A stretch of DNA of 64,000 nucleotides from positions 119,024-183,023 of IMG/VR virus record IMGVR_UViG_3300030202_003733; one strand, 5' to 3'. Both the position numbers and the translations under genes were made by a program. Positions 10,539 through 20,570 of this stretch are shown here, piece by piece. This stretch comes from a virus. Below the pieces are notes generated by a model. That model saw only the letters and a list, made by a program, of their open reading frames with translations. It was not told the DNA's origin and made no database searches. Each line of letters begins with the position of its first letter. The first letter of the stretch is position 1.

Positions 10539-13500
10539 CTACTCCTTACATGGTGGCGGCCTCAATGACCTCCACATCCACCATTTAATTTTCATACCCT
10601 CATTGCTTTTTACCCTAGAATTTCTTGCAAAATCCTCCCCAGGGGAGTCAAGATCTTCGTCTACAAAGTCAAAGTTGCCAACATTAAGTGCTGTCTTAAA
10701 TATCTGCTTGGAAGAATATTTACTCTCTTTAAATACATTAGTTCTTTCCCAATTCCTAAAGCCTTTTTTAAAACCAATTTTTGTACCACCCTCTTTAAAC
10801 CACCCATCGCCATATCTGTCACCGTATGAATAGTCACCATTATACTCAAGTTCACCAGCATCAACTAACTCCCTAGTTGGGCCGCCTCTGCCAATGGACG
10901 GCAAGAAAGCACGCAAACAAAAGACTGTAACAACAGACAGTATCCTCTCCAGTGGGAAACAATATTTAAATAGCATCTTGTACTCTGGCTCTTCTATAAT
11001 TTGGCAGATCAAATCAGGGAGGTAATTTGTTTGATACGAATTTATTTCGTCTATAACTTCCTCAAATGTAAGAGACATATCTATGGGTTTTTCTGTTGAT
11101 ACCAAAGGTGTCAGATACCTCGTGGTAACTGAGAAGGCCTTGTTTTCGTTGGCGTATGCCTCGTTAACTGAGACGCCTCCTATACCAGTCTCTGCTAGAT
11201 CAGTAGCAGTTGGAATATATGAAATTCTTAGCCCCATACTTAAGTTTTGAAAAATAGCGGACGCTTCGTCATCCGACAAACCAGAAATGTATGTTTCAAA
11301 CTCATCTAGGTTTACAACTTTTTTTAATTTACTATCTCTGTCGGGGGAACCGGCAAAATCCTCGACAAGAATATATTTCTCCAAAACAAAAGGCCAGTCT
11401 TCAAAACTGTCTCCTTCTCTTAGATAAGGATTTGTTTCGTTCGTGTCCCTAGATACGTGGATTGGTCCGCCCGAAGGAACACTTTCATAAATCCAATTAT
11501 CGTTTCCAAAAAATACATCAACCATGTTAGAAAGCGGAGGCGAAGTTTTTTCAATAAACATCTCAGACGCCCTCTCTAATTCATCAGAGACATACCTTCT
11601 CAAGAGTATTTTTGCATTGGCAATCACATCATCATCGTCAAGAAACTCGTATAAATTGTCTTTTTTGGCTTCTATTAAAGATCTTGGATCCGAACCACGG
11701 GTGGACACCGGGGGCTCCCATTCGTCCCTTACCTTGTTAAACAGAAATAATCTTGCTTCTTTTTCAAGTGGGGTCTCATCTTGTATCTCACCGATATCTA
11801 TTCTCTTTTGATATATTTGAACCGCCATCTCTAAAAAGGACAACATATACCTTCTGTTTCGAGGGAATGGGACGTTGTATTTTTTGCCCCTCCCAATATC
11901 AATCATAGACTCAACCATATCTTCTACGACATATGAAGAAAATACATCGGAATACATATCTCCAAATTTAGGCCTAAACAGGGAGAATGTACTTAGACCT
12001 TTTAGCATGGCCTCCAACAAATAAACTCTAATAGTTGCATTTATACTCCCCTCAATTGCGGCGACCTGGGAGCCTCTTAGCATCCTGTCGAACGGCTCTT
12101 CAATAATTTTATATTTTGGAGAGTCAAGTTGGAATCTATCGTCATCTTTAACTTTTTTAAATAATTCGTCACATCTGTTTTTTATTTCTATAAAGTTGCC
12201 AAGTGAGCTTCCTGTGGTAGTCGGGTCGTCACAGGAGTGTATCTCAGGCACAAGTTCTTGTGAGAGTTTGAGCCACCCAGTATATTTTGGATCCTGTATA
12301 TAGAATGGTGGGTTATCCGTTGTTCCCCCGTATTCATTTACAGCTTGGTCTAGTGTCAAACCTAAATCGTTATCTTGGTGGAAATAAACAATTTTTGGTA
12401 GAGCGTCGTCCTTGGGCATCCCTGTCTCAGTATCTATAGCACCTTTATATCCAAAGGTAAAAGCTTTTCTATTTGTAGATACTTTTTCTACTATCCGACT
12501 AAAAAATCCATCGTTAATAGTGTTAAAAACAGAAGACTCAAAATGTGGTCTAATGTCTTCAGAAAATCCCACACCCGCTGTTTCAGAGGCATCCTGCCAC
12601 AACTCGGTTATGTATTGGCCCCAAACGTGAGATGGGTTTGAAACGTTATATAGGGATGTTATTAAATCGGAAGTTGGTTGATCAATAAAGTCTGCTGATC
12701 GATATGTTAATTCAGAACCGTAGACTCTATCATCGGTGATTCTTATACGACACCTGTTATCTAATACATCATCCCCAGCCCACCAATCATATTTAACTGT
12801 AAAGTCGTACAAGTCGCTGCTTTCTTCGTCCTCAGAGCGGTAATCATTATATTTCATAACCATAGCAAATGTATCAGCTTTATTAAATGATTTGTTGAGA
12901 CATTGTTGTCCCCACTCTGGGTCCATCTCATCTTGTAGGTGTCCAGCTACCTTATCAGGGAATCCACCCACAGCAGGTGGCTGACCTACAATATCTGGTG
13001 CATCGTCGGCGTCGTCTGCTGGACCCCCTGCAATGCCATACGGATTGAGAAAATACGGGATAGTCCAAAAAGCCCTCTCATTGTTTCTAATAAGCTTCCA
13101 CTCGTCTCTAGGGGGGTTGATCCTAGTCCCCCTGGAACCATAAATATTCAACAAACCGGGGCCAAGAAAGCGTTCGAAGTTTGTGTGTTGTGTCAAGCCT
13201 CTTCCACGAGAATCAGCTAACACCATGTTTATAAATCCATCAGGGCCAACAAGATCTTGTGTGAACTGAAAATCCATTACGCCAAATAAACTTGTAAAAA
13301 TCCTTGAAGCCATATCTGCTGCAATTGGATCTATGTACGGCAATAAGCCTTGTTGGTTGGGGTCTTCCGGGTCGTCTAGGATGTCCGGGAAGAACTCAGA
13401 CAGATCACCCTGCCCCTGTAGGAAGTTGGCTAGTGCCTCTAGCTCCTCACCCAGCCTGTCTCTTAAACTACAAAGCTGATCCTGTATACATTCCTCAGAC

Positions 13501-16500
13501 ACTCCCTTCTCCCTTAATAGGGCTGCCCTGGTGTCGCTGAATGTTTGGAGGAGGCCCAGATCGTCACAAAGAGAATCGGCGATTGGCAATTCAAAAGCAT
13601 CCACTGTGCAGAGGACATCTAAATTCATAAACGCACCCATTGCAGCGAAGAAGGACAATACAGATTCGTCGTCGGGGAAACACTCAGCAAGCGGTGCGGT
13701 CATGGGATCGGCAGAAATAGTTTCTCTTACAATCTTAAGGGCTGTTGGGGAAGCCTTGCCTTGGATAAGATCTAGCAACTCACACTGTGTTATGACAGCC
13801 GATATATTATCTATCATGCGACCAACCATATCCGGTGTTGCCTCAATACAGCCAATAGTAGATATAATATCGGTCATCGCTGCATTCGCCTCTTCCTCAG
13901 AAATATCTCCACCTTCACAAAGTGAAGAAACCAGAATATCCCTAAGATCAGCAGGATCTTGACTTCTATCCTTACAAATCTCCTCAACAATTAACCTTAA
14001 TATGGTTTGTAGGATGACTATAACAAGGCGAATCATAAGCTCCTCAAGGATCAACATAAGATTTTTCCACAACAATCGGCTCCAATCAGCCGTTTTAAGT
14101 TTAGGAAAATCAGGCATAGTGAGGGCTATTTTTAATTTACAGATGTCTGTTTTTAACTGTGGTAATTTAATGAAGTCTTTAAGCGGGGGTGAGAATAGTG
14201 GTGGTACCGGACAGAATTTATCAATTTTTTGTATTGCTGCAATGGCGATACCAACGCCTGGAAATGTTTCTAGTGTTTCTAGAAATGGCTCTATCAATAT
14301 ATCAGCCTGGGTATCAAGCAGGTTCACCACAGCTTCCTTAAGGTTTCCGAAGTCGCCTGGGTTGGGGTAGCCGGTATCAACAGTGCCCACTCTTTCGGCT
14401 GTGCTTGGCGGAGCGCCCAAAGCTATGTTCTTGCCCTCTTTGCTACTATAACTTGTCGGGTATAACGGGGGCGGAGGCGGAATGTCGTCGACCGTTTTTT
14501 GTATTATTGCCTGTAAGAGTGGCATTGCTTGTGGGTAAAAGTCTTTTACCGCTCCTATTATTAAATCTTGTATTTCAGGAGGAAGCTCAGACAGCCATTC
14601 TATAAATGCATCTTCATCCATGCCCCTAAGTGCGGATTTTAAAACGATTGTTATAGCGTCCTCGTACCCAAGAGCGTTCAAGATACAATCTACCACAGAC
14701 TTAATAAGCTCAACCCATCCACACCAACCCATCTGGTCTAGTAAATGAGTGTAGAGTTGTCTGAGATCGTCTAGTTGACCTCTTACAAACATCTCTGGGA
14801 GTTCCTCGATAAATCTATCGCTAGCGAGATATTCCTTGAGAGACATATCAACAATCCTGCTGACTATTTTATCCTTCTCTGCATCTTCGAGTATTTTCCC
14901 ATCTACCAAAAGACATGGATTTTTATTAAACTCGGCAGCTATGGCATCACGAAGAGAGTTCATCGCGTTCTTCATAAACTTTTCGTTAGGCACAAAATCC
15001 ACACTGGTCTGGCAGGAGCCCTCGGCTGAATCGATGCCGTCACCACCTTCCTCAGTGGGGGCTGTGGGGTCTGGCCCATACACAACCTCGGGTAGCGCTG
15101 GGTAATAGTGTCTGGTGTAAAATTCTAACCAAGGCATGGGATTTCTTGCCATGACATCCCTGTTCATAATCGGAAGCTGCCATACAAACGCCATAGTTTG
15201 CTGCATTGTTATTGGCGGCCTTATTTTAAGACCGGGCAGGCCTTTGGTTAGTTCCTCCGGAAGGCATCCCTTTTCCCTAACTTTTATAAATTTTAATGAT
15301 AGGTCGGGGTTAAATCTTATCTCTAGTTTATCGACGATTGAAATTGGATAACCGTTCTCTTTAACAAATAAGCGAAGCTCTTTTTCAAATGATTTAAGCC
15401 TTTTAACTTCTTTAATTAAATCAAAATTTGGTATATAAGCCCCCTGCTCATAGGCCCAAGCGGAGTATGTTTTTTCATGGGCCAACATAGACTCAGAAAC
15501 TTTTACTATCATGTCTGTAAATTGGCCCATATCAAACACAACAAACTTTTCTCCAGTGTCTAAATCAATTTCAGGATTAGTTTGAACGGCTCTCATGACT
15601 GGGTTCTCAGGAATTCTATTAAACTCCTCCGCGTCCACTGTGACGAGTATCCTTGTGGCTATTAAGGGTTGTGGGGGCATGTAGTAGTCGTCCACACGAG
15701 CCGAGCCAACAAACACAAGCCCTTGTCTAGTCAGGCCCGTGCTGCCCTCCTGAAGCGAGGCCTCAGTACCAATTTCAGTTGCGCTTAACTCAGAATCATA
15801 AAACTCAACAAAATCTACCTTATCATAGAATTTTTTTATTTTTCCTACGCCCTCACCAATAAATGAATTTAAATATTCTTCCGAACAATCAGTTGTGGCA
15901 CCGTCCCCTTTTGCTTCGACAACCGCACAATAAAGACATCTCCTTGGATCAAAAAATATGTCATTTACTTCTCTTGTTGTCCAATTCGGCAAAAACACAG
16001 ACTCTTGTTCAACACAAGTATCTATAGTACTTTCAGTTGATGTAAATAATTGTTCCTCGTCACAATCAGCAGTATTTATTCCTGCTGCAACCAGAGTGTC
16101 CCCAAGTATATCTTCTTCAGTTGGTTCTTCGAGGCCTTCTAGGACCTCATCTCCATACCAATATAATGAATCATTTGCAGTCGCCCTAGTTATATAATTA
16201 CCTCTCGCCTCATACCACGCCACAACAGGTTCCTCGACATCGTATAAATTATCACGCAAAGTAAAAGACCATGTTGGATCAAAGAAAGCTTCGTATACCC
16301 GCCTCTCTAAATCATCTAAATAGTCCTGGGCGATTTCAACAGCCTCTTGCCAGTACTCAGTTCTCTCCTCGCTTCCAGGAAGTTGTCCGGTTGCAACTTT
16401 AAGAAGGTAATTCGACTGGCCTTCTAGGAGCATGGTAACAACGCCTTGCTGCTCAGAAATCGCTATAAGTATATCTGTTCTTAATTGTTCAGGGCCACTT

Positions 16501-17147
16501 CTTTCACCGCCCAGACCGACCGGGAAAATACCAACCGGATATAGCCGCCCGCCTCGCTGCTTACGCGTTCCAGCGCCAGCGACCATTATCACTCCATCTT
16601 CTAGGGGCCAGGACTTTTCTGTTCTGTCGAGATACCCACCCCAAGATCTTGGAGGATCAGCGGCATCAAAAGCTTGTGTTGCTCGCGGATCGATACCATA
16701 AAATGGGCCACCATCCTGATATGACTCTTCGCTTCCCATCCCCCACTCTAAAAATCCATAAGTAAAAGCATTTATGCGTGTGGCGATGCTCGGGTCGCGA
16801 TCTGGATCTAGAAACCCGCAACCAAAAGAATTAGGGTCGCTCAAGACTGCGTGATCGTAGGGTGCAAAATCTGTGAAAACATCACACGGATATAATTCTT
16901 CTATCGGGTCGTCGAGTACATCGTCGCCACCACTTCCGCCACCTCCACCACCTCCACCGGAAGGAGGGTCAACGAGAAGTTCGGGGACACACTCTCCCAA
17001 CACGCAGACATAACCATCAGCACAATCGCTACTATCACTGCAAGGTGAGCCGCCGCCTGCTCCATCTACACCACCGAGGCCACCGTCACCGGTGTCTTCG
17101 CCTTCCTCGGTCGCGTCTTCTGCTGGGCCTGAGTCTATACCATTCAT
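10539..17147 (-). CDS. Very large acidic, Cys-rich hypothetical protein (probable virion protein)
   Basis: 2202-aa ORF between the spike genes and gp25. N-terminal Gly/acidic linkers flank a CSDSSDCADGYVCVLGEC module. No catalytic motif recognised. Confidence 0.75.
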   Translation of the reverse strand: MNGIDSGPAEDATEEGEDTGDGGLGGVDGAGGGSPCSDSSDCADGYVCVLGECVPELLVDPPSGGGGGGGGSGGDDVLDDPIEELYPCDVFTDFAPYDHAVLSDPNSFGCGFLDPDRDPSIATRINAFTYGFLEWGMGSEESYQDGGPFYGIDPRATQAFDAADPPRSWGGYLDRTEKSWPLEDGVIMVAGAGTRKQRGGRLYPVGIFPVGLGGERSGPEQLRTDILIAISEQQGVVTMLLEGQSNYLLKVATGQLPGSEERTEYWQEAVEIAQDYLDDLERRVYEAFFDPTWSFTLRDNLYDVEEPVVAWYEARGNYITRATANDSLYWYGDEVLEGLEEPTEEDILGDTLVAAGINTADCDEEQLFTSTESTIDTCVEQESVFLPNWTTREVNDIFFDPRRCLYCAVVEAKGDGATTDCSEEYLNSFIGEGVGKIKKFYDKVDFVEFYDSELSATEIGTEASLQEGSTGLTRQGLVFVGSARVDDYYMPPQPLIATRILVTVDAEEFNRIPENPVMRAVQTNPEIDLDTGEKFVVFDMGQFTDMIVKVSESMLAHEKTYSAWAYEQGAYIPNFDLIKEVKRLKSFEKELRLFVKENGYPISIVDKLEIRFNPDLSLKFIKVREKGCLPEELTKGLPGLKIRPPITMQQTMAFVWQLPIMNRDVMARNPMPWLEFYTRHYYPALPEVVYGPDPTAPTEEGGDGIDSAEGSCQTSVDFVPNEKFMKNAMNSLRDAIAAEFNKNPCLLVDGKILEDAEKDKIVSRIVDMSLKEYLASDRFIEELPEMFVRGQLDDLRQLYTHLLDQMGWCGWVELIKSVVDCILNALGYEDAITIVLKSALRGMDEDAFIEWLSELPPEIQDLIIGAVKDFYPQAMPLLQAIIQKTVDDIPPPPPLYPTSYSSKEGKNIALGAPPSTAERVGTVDTGYPNPGDFGNLKEAVVNLLDTQADILIEPFLETLETFPGVGIAIAAIQKIDKFCPVPPLFSPPLKDFIKLPQLKTDICKLKIALTMPDFPKLKTADWSRLLWKNLMLILEELMIRLVIVILQTILRLIVEEICKDRSQDPADLRDILVSSLCEGGDISEEEANAAMTDIISTIGCIEATPDMVGRMIDNISAVITQCELLDLIQGKASPTALKIVRETISADPMTAPLAECFPDDESVLSFFAAMGAFMNLDVLCTVDAFELPIADSLCDDLGLLQTFSDTRAALLREKGVSEECIQDQLCSLRDRLGEELEALANFLQGQGDLSEFFPDILDDPEDPNQQGLLPYIDPIAADMASRIFTSLFGVMDFQFTQDLVGPDGFINMVLADSRGRGLTQHTNFERFLGPGLLNIYGSRGTRINPPRDEWKLIRNNERAFWTIPYFLNPYGIAGGPADDADDAPDIVGQPPAVGGFPDKVAGHLQDEMDPEWGQQCLNKSFNKADTFAMVMKYNDYRSEDEESSDLYDFTVKYDWWAGDDVLDNRCRIRITDDRVYGSELTYRSADFIDQPTSDLITSLYNVSNPSHVWGQYITELWQDASETAGVGFSEDIRPHFESSVFNTINDGFFSRIVEKVSTNRKAFTFGYKGAIDTETGMPKDDALPKIVYFHQDNDLGLTLDQAVNEYGGTTDNPPFYIQDPKYTGWLKLSQELVPEIHSCDDPTTTGSSLGNFIEIKNRCDELFKKVKDDDRFQLDSPKYKIIEEPFDRMLRGSQVAAIEGSINATIRVYLLEAMLKGLSTFSLFRPKFGDMYSDVFSSYVVEDMVESMIDIGRGKKYNVPFPRNRRYMLSFLEMAVQIYQKRIDIGEIQDETPLEKEARLFLFNKVRDEWEPPVSTRGSDPRSLIEAKKDNLYEFLDDDDVIANAKILLRRYVSDELERASEMFIEKTSPPLSNMVDVFFGNDNWIYESVPSGGPIHVSRDTNETNPYLREGDSFEDWPFVLEKYILVEDFAGSPDRDSKLKKVVNLDEFETYISGLSDDEASAIFQNLSMGLRISYIPTATDLAETGIGGVSVNEAYANENKAFSVTTRYLTPLVSTEKPIDMSLTFEEVIDEINSYQTNYLPDLICQIIEEPEYKMLFKYCFPLERILSVVTVFCLRAFLPSIGRGGPTRELVDAGELEYNGDYSYGDRYGDGWFKEGGTKIGFKKGFRNWERTNVFKESKYSSKQIFKTALNVGNFDFVDEDLDSPGEDFARNSRVKSNEGMKIKWWMWRSLRPPPCKE

Positions 17148-17161
17148 CCGTCATTAACTCC

Positions 17162-18151
17162 TTAATTTGACCTATTGTGGCGCGAGCCAATCCACCGGCC
17201 ACCGCTTGGTTTCATATATTTATTAACCACAGAAAGCTGGTTTGCTTTAAAGACATGAAGCTGTGTCTTAACTAGAGCTAAATCGTTTATTAATGTATTA
17301 AAACTTTTTATAATTAAGTTTGGATCTGGGGCTGTCGGGGACCCGAATCCTGGGGCTATGTGAGTGTGGAATCCTATGTAGCTAAAGAGGTCCATGCTGT
17401 AAGTAACAAAGTTATCAATGATGCCTGCTAGCTGACCTATAAGACCGTCAGCGGGATCAGCAACCTCCACAAGACAATCTGCAAGTTCAAAGGCCTTCGT
17501 GATCGGCTGAAGCCTCATCTGTGTCACAGGGGCTCCATCCACTAAATAATTATCAACATTGTCATCATTACCCGCTATAAGATCAATACCATAAATAGTA
17601 CTTATATCACCGCCTTGAGAGTTAGAATCACCAACAGGGGAAGTAGTTAATTTTATACCCTCTCTGCCAACAATTCTAATCGCATCTGCCTTCATGCCTA
17701 TGGCTGACCTAGCCTTAGAGAGGCCAACAGTGCCCCTTGGCAAACCCAGATAACCATCTATGTCTGCCTTTTGACTTATATAAATTCGCGCTGCGTCAGA
17801 TATAAAGTTAGGGTTTGCAAAAGTGTCTGTGTCTGCACCAGCTCCCATCCTTCCGACCACCATATCGATCATGCCCGCTTGGGTGTGTCCATCTCCGCCA
17901 TAGCCACTTGCCCTACTGCCAAACCTATCCCTACCGAAAACAATCCATTGATTGTTTTCATGACTTATAACCTTTTCGCACTCTGCTCTGTTCAAACGCG
18001 GAATTGGCTCAGTGAGCTTTGTACAATAATAGCCCTGTTTACCAATTGAAGCTTCAACCTCTTTAGCAGCCTTGTTCCACGCTCTGCTTAGCTTTTTATT
18101 AAGTTTTTTGTGGTCTCTAGACTCATTATTTTTACCTATTCCTAATGGCAT
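17162..18151 (-). CDS. Baseplate central spike (gp5/gpV-like beta-helix part) with C-terminal HxH metal motif
   Basis: 329 aa. Short beta-repeat segments (IYISQKADID, IGMKADAIRIVGREGIKL) and FHTHIAPGFGSPTAP, resembling the HxH tip of P2 gpV / phi92 gp138. Baseplate context. Confidence 0.65.
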   Translation of the reverse strand: MPLGIGKNNESRDHKKLNKKLSRAWNKAAKEVEASIGKQGYYCTKLTEPIPRLNRAECEKVISHENNQWIVFGRDRFGSRASGYGGDGHTQAGMIDMVVGRMGAGADTDTFANPNFISDAARIYISQKADIDGYLGLPRGTVGLSKARSAIGMKADAIRIVGREGIKLTTSPVGDSNSQGGDISTIYGIDLIAGNDDNVDNYLVDGAPVTQMRLQPITKAFELADCLVEVADPADGLIGQLAGIIDNFVTYSMDLFSYIGFHTHIAPGFGSPTAPDPNLIIKSFNTLINDLALVKTQLHVFKANQLSVVNKYMKPSGGRWIGSRHNRSN

Positions 18152-18163
18152 ATATCTTATCCT

Positions 18164-18808
18164 TTACCCGTTACTACCAAGCGGTTGTGCGGTATTTTCA
18201 GATTTTGAAAATAAATCTTTCGCAGGCTCGCAGATACTTCTAGATGACCCTATGGCTTTTCGCAAAAATTTTAAATATTTACCGAAAACCATATTTTTTT
18301 GATCTTCAAAATCAACCTCAATTTTATCGCCGGGATTGGGGAACACCATGTCGGGACTTTCAGCATAAAAGACAGGGTACATGGCATATATCATCCTGTC
18401 TTGAATACCCTTTTCAGTCTTAAGAGCCTCTGGGTCAGTGATGCAAGGGACGGGCAGGTCAGGGAATAAGCCGTGAGGTTTTGCTATGACCTTTATTATG
18501 GGTCTGGGGTCTGCTGCTCTACAGAACTTGCCCATCATTGGCACAGTCCCGGTTGGATCCACATAGGATAGTAGACATGTGGCCTGATAGGGCCCCTCCT
18601 TTAAACCAGCCTTGAGGGCATCCGAGTATACTTTCTCGATAGCCATCTTGACGGTGTCTAAAGTTCCGGCTGAACCGGGGTCAAGTTTTAAACCAAACCT
18701 TTCAAAATTGATATTTTGAAAATTTTCTAAATCTACATCATTTAATATAGTAGTCAGGTCATCGCTTAAATCAGCCATCGTCTGCCGCCTCCTGTTGAAT
18801 GAGGTCAA
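18164..18808 (-). CDS. Putative gp5 N-terminal OB-fold-like baseplate hub protein
   Basis: 214 aa. PNPGDKIEVDFEDQKNMVFGKY resembles the P-x-x-G-x-x-V-x-V-x-F motif of gp5/VgrG OB folds. Directly upstream of the spike-like gene. Confidence 0.45.
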   Translation of the reverse strand: MTSFNRRRQTMADLSDDLTTILNDVDLENFQNINFERFGLKLDPGSAGTLDTVKMAIEKVYSDALKAGLKEGPYQATCLLSYVDPTGTVPMMGKFCRAADPRPIIKVIAKPHGLFPDLPVPCITDPEALKTEKGIQDRMIYAMYPVFYAESPDMVFPNPGDKIEVDFEDQKNMVFGKYLKFLRKAIGSSRSICEPAKDLFSKSENTAQPLGSNG

Positions 18809-19085
18809 ACAACTCTTCCCTGTCCTGCGACGACAGTATCTCCGACTCGTTTTGTTTTTTATGAATTATATTACTAACTTTCACTAATTGTTCATTCGAG
18901 CGCTGCAATGTTTCGACATACTTAGAAGCTATGAGCCCCACTTCTTTGTGATGCTCCTCGCTTCTTGCTATATAAGACATAACATCATCGAGAAGCTGTC
19001 TTGTAATGGAGCGGTCGCTTTCTATGTTGCTGATTGCTTTTTCTAAATAGTGATCTAATTTTTTCATATGTCGCCTTGATTCCAT
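18771..19085 (-). CDS. Hypothetical helical protein
   Basis: 104-aa ORF overlapping both neighbours in the operon. Confidence 0.7.
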   Translation of the reverse strand: MESRRHMKKLDHYLEKAISNIESDRSITRQLLDDVMSYIARSEEHHKEVGLIASKYVETLQRSNEQLVKVSNIIHKKQNESEILSSQDREELFDLIQQEAADDG

Positions 19086-19765
19086 TTAAACCTAAAGGAC
19101 CTGTACTTAAGCCTAATTTTATTTAAGTTATTTACAACTTGTTTTGTGTTTAAGCCAGTGGCCTCTCTAATATATAAGTAAATAGCTTTCTTGTTAAAAA
19201 TTTCTATTTTATCACTTGCATCCATCAGGTCCTTGACGGCATTGAGAACCTTCAATTCATTAACCTTCATAGAACCTGTGTCCCAGCTTTCTATCTCATA
19301 CCAGAGCGAAGACCAGAATTCATTTTTTTCTCTGTCCTCGTCATAAAGATTAAAAGTAGCTAGATATTTTATCTCCAAATCTTTTGGAACATCCTCTAGT
19401 TCTACTTCTCTCTTGGTCTTTTGATTATTCTTTTTGACCTTGTGGATAAACCAATTCTTAGTTATAACACTAAAATATGAAAAAGCCTTCGACCCCTTTG
19501 AGGGATCAAATTTTTCAAGAATGGTAGTCAGCCATATCTTGCACTCCTCCCTGAGGGAATCAATATTTGGCAAGTTTGTAAATTTATACGTAAAAACAAT
19601 TTTATCAACCAGTTCACTAAACGCCGGTTCTATATGTTCAACATACAACTGGGTCCTTTCTCTAGGGTCCATGGAGGAGTTGTACCTTATAATGGCACCT
19701 TCAGTTACAGAAGTAAAATAACTTTTCCCCTTTTTTCTACGCCGTCTCCGAGTCGCCATCGTCAT
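19064..19765 (-). CDS. Phage late-transcription sigma factor (T4 gp55-like)
   Basis: 233 aa. KFDPSKGSKAFSYFSVITKNWFI matches the sigma region 2 / gp55 FDP..S..F.YF..I..N.F motif. Basic N-terminus. Confidence 0.75.
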   Translation of the reverse strand: MTMATRRRRRKKGKSYFTSVTEGAIIRYNSSMDPRERTQLYVEHIEPAFSELVDKIVFTYKFTNLPNIDSLREECKIWLTTILEKFDPSKGSKAFSYFSVITKNWFIHKVKKNNQKTKREVELEDVPKDLEIKYLATFNLYDEDREKNEFWSSLWYEIESWDTGSMKVNELKVLNAVKDLMDASDKIEIFNKKAIYLYIREATGLNTKQVVNNLNKIRLKYRSFRFKWNQGDI

Positions 19766-20054
19766 CCTCCTCTATTTCTTCTTCAACCTCGGTCAACAAG
19801 AGGATTGACTCATAATCATCAAATAATTCTGCTAGACCCCTTGCGTGTCTCAGTAGAGCCTTCAGTGTTTCGTCCCCATAAAACATCTCCAGCCCATACA
19901 CTTTATTTAAATGATTTCCAAACTTAAGCACTTCATCATATAAGTCATTTAGATTCTCAGAAATATATAATAAATTAGACAAAAGTTTTCTTGTATACCA
20001 GAACAAGAAAATATTTAGCGAAAAAGATACAGCCAATAAAAAGTATTCTACCAT
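19737..20054 (-). CDS. Small membrane-anchored hypothetical protein
   Basis: 105 aa. N-terminal hydrophobic helix YFLLAVSFSLNIFLFWY and an acidic tail. Confidence 0.7.
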   Translation of the reverse strand: MVEYFLLAVSFSLNIFLFWYTRKLLSNLLYISENLNDLYDEVLKFGNHLNKVYGLEMFYGDETLKALLRHARGLAELFDDYESILLLTEVEEEIEEDDDGDSETA

Positions 20055-20320
20055 TAAATTTTATGCCCCTTCTTAAGCGTCTGCTTTTCTTTTTTGATCT
20101 CTCCCCTTGTGTCCTCTATAAATTCCTTTACAAGGTCCCCAGGGCTACCTCCACCCTGGGGGGCATCAGACTTAGTCGTAAATATAGCCGGCTCTCTAGC
20201 AAGCGAACCATAGGTGCTACAAGCCGAACATTTATCGTCGGCTCCCAGAATAGAAGTCATAGAGTGAACATAAGTTTGAGTCGCCATACATTCAAGGCAC
20301 CTATAAATGTATCTAGGCAC
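20054..20320 (-). CDS. FmdB-family zinc-ribbon protein
   Basis: GTG start at 20320 gives MPRYIYRCLEC...KCSAC, the FmdB MPxYxYxCxxC...CxxC pattern. Confidence 0.8.
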   Translation of the reverse strand: MPRYIYRCLECMATQTYVHSMTSILGADDKCSACSTYGSLAREPAIFTTKSDAPQGGGSPGDLVKEFIEDTRGEIKKEKQTLKKGHKI

Positions 20321-20558
20321 CGGAATTCCTATCTGCGTCTGCAATCATATCTGCTACCCATGAGTCGGCCTCATCTGTCTCAGGTTTATCATCAAACTTT
20401 ATGATCGGAGGGTTTTTAATAATCAGACCCTGATCGGAGTTTTCTATAACAAAACTTTTTAAAACAGGTACAATGTCTGTTTGTTCCATGAGTGACCTTT
20501 GAAGGGCCATCATTACGGCTCCAAGAGCCTGGTCTGATAAGTGATACGTCGATTTCAT
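20313..20558 (-). CDS. Hypothetical protein
   Basis: 81-aa ORF with an AGGAG RBS, in operon. Confidence 0.7.
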   Translation of the reverse strand: MKSTYHLSDQALGAVMMALQRSLMEQTDIVPVLKSFVIENSDQGLIIKNPPIIKFDDKPETDEADSWVADMIADADRNSGA

Positions 20559-20570
20559 TTTATTTCTCCT

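Noticed and set aside
10299-18302. Numerous plus-strand ORFs opposite the baseplate genes
   Set aside because: Antisense shadows with Ser/Ile-rich composition typical of reverse-complemented acidic genes.
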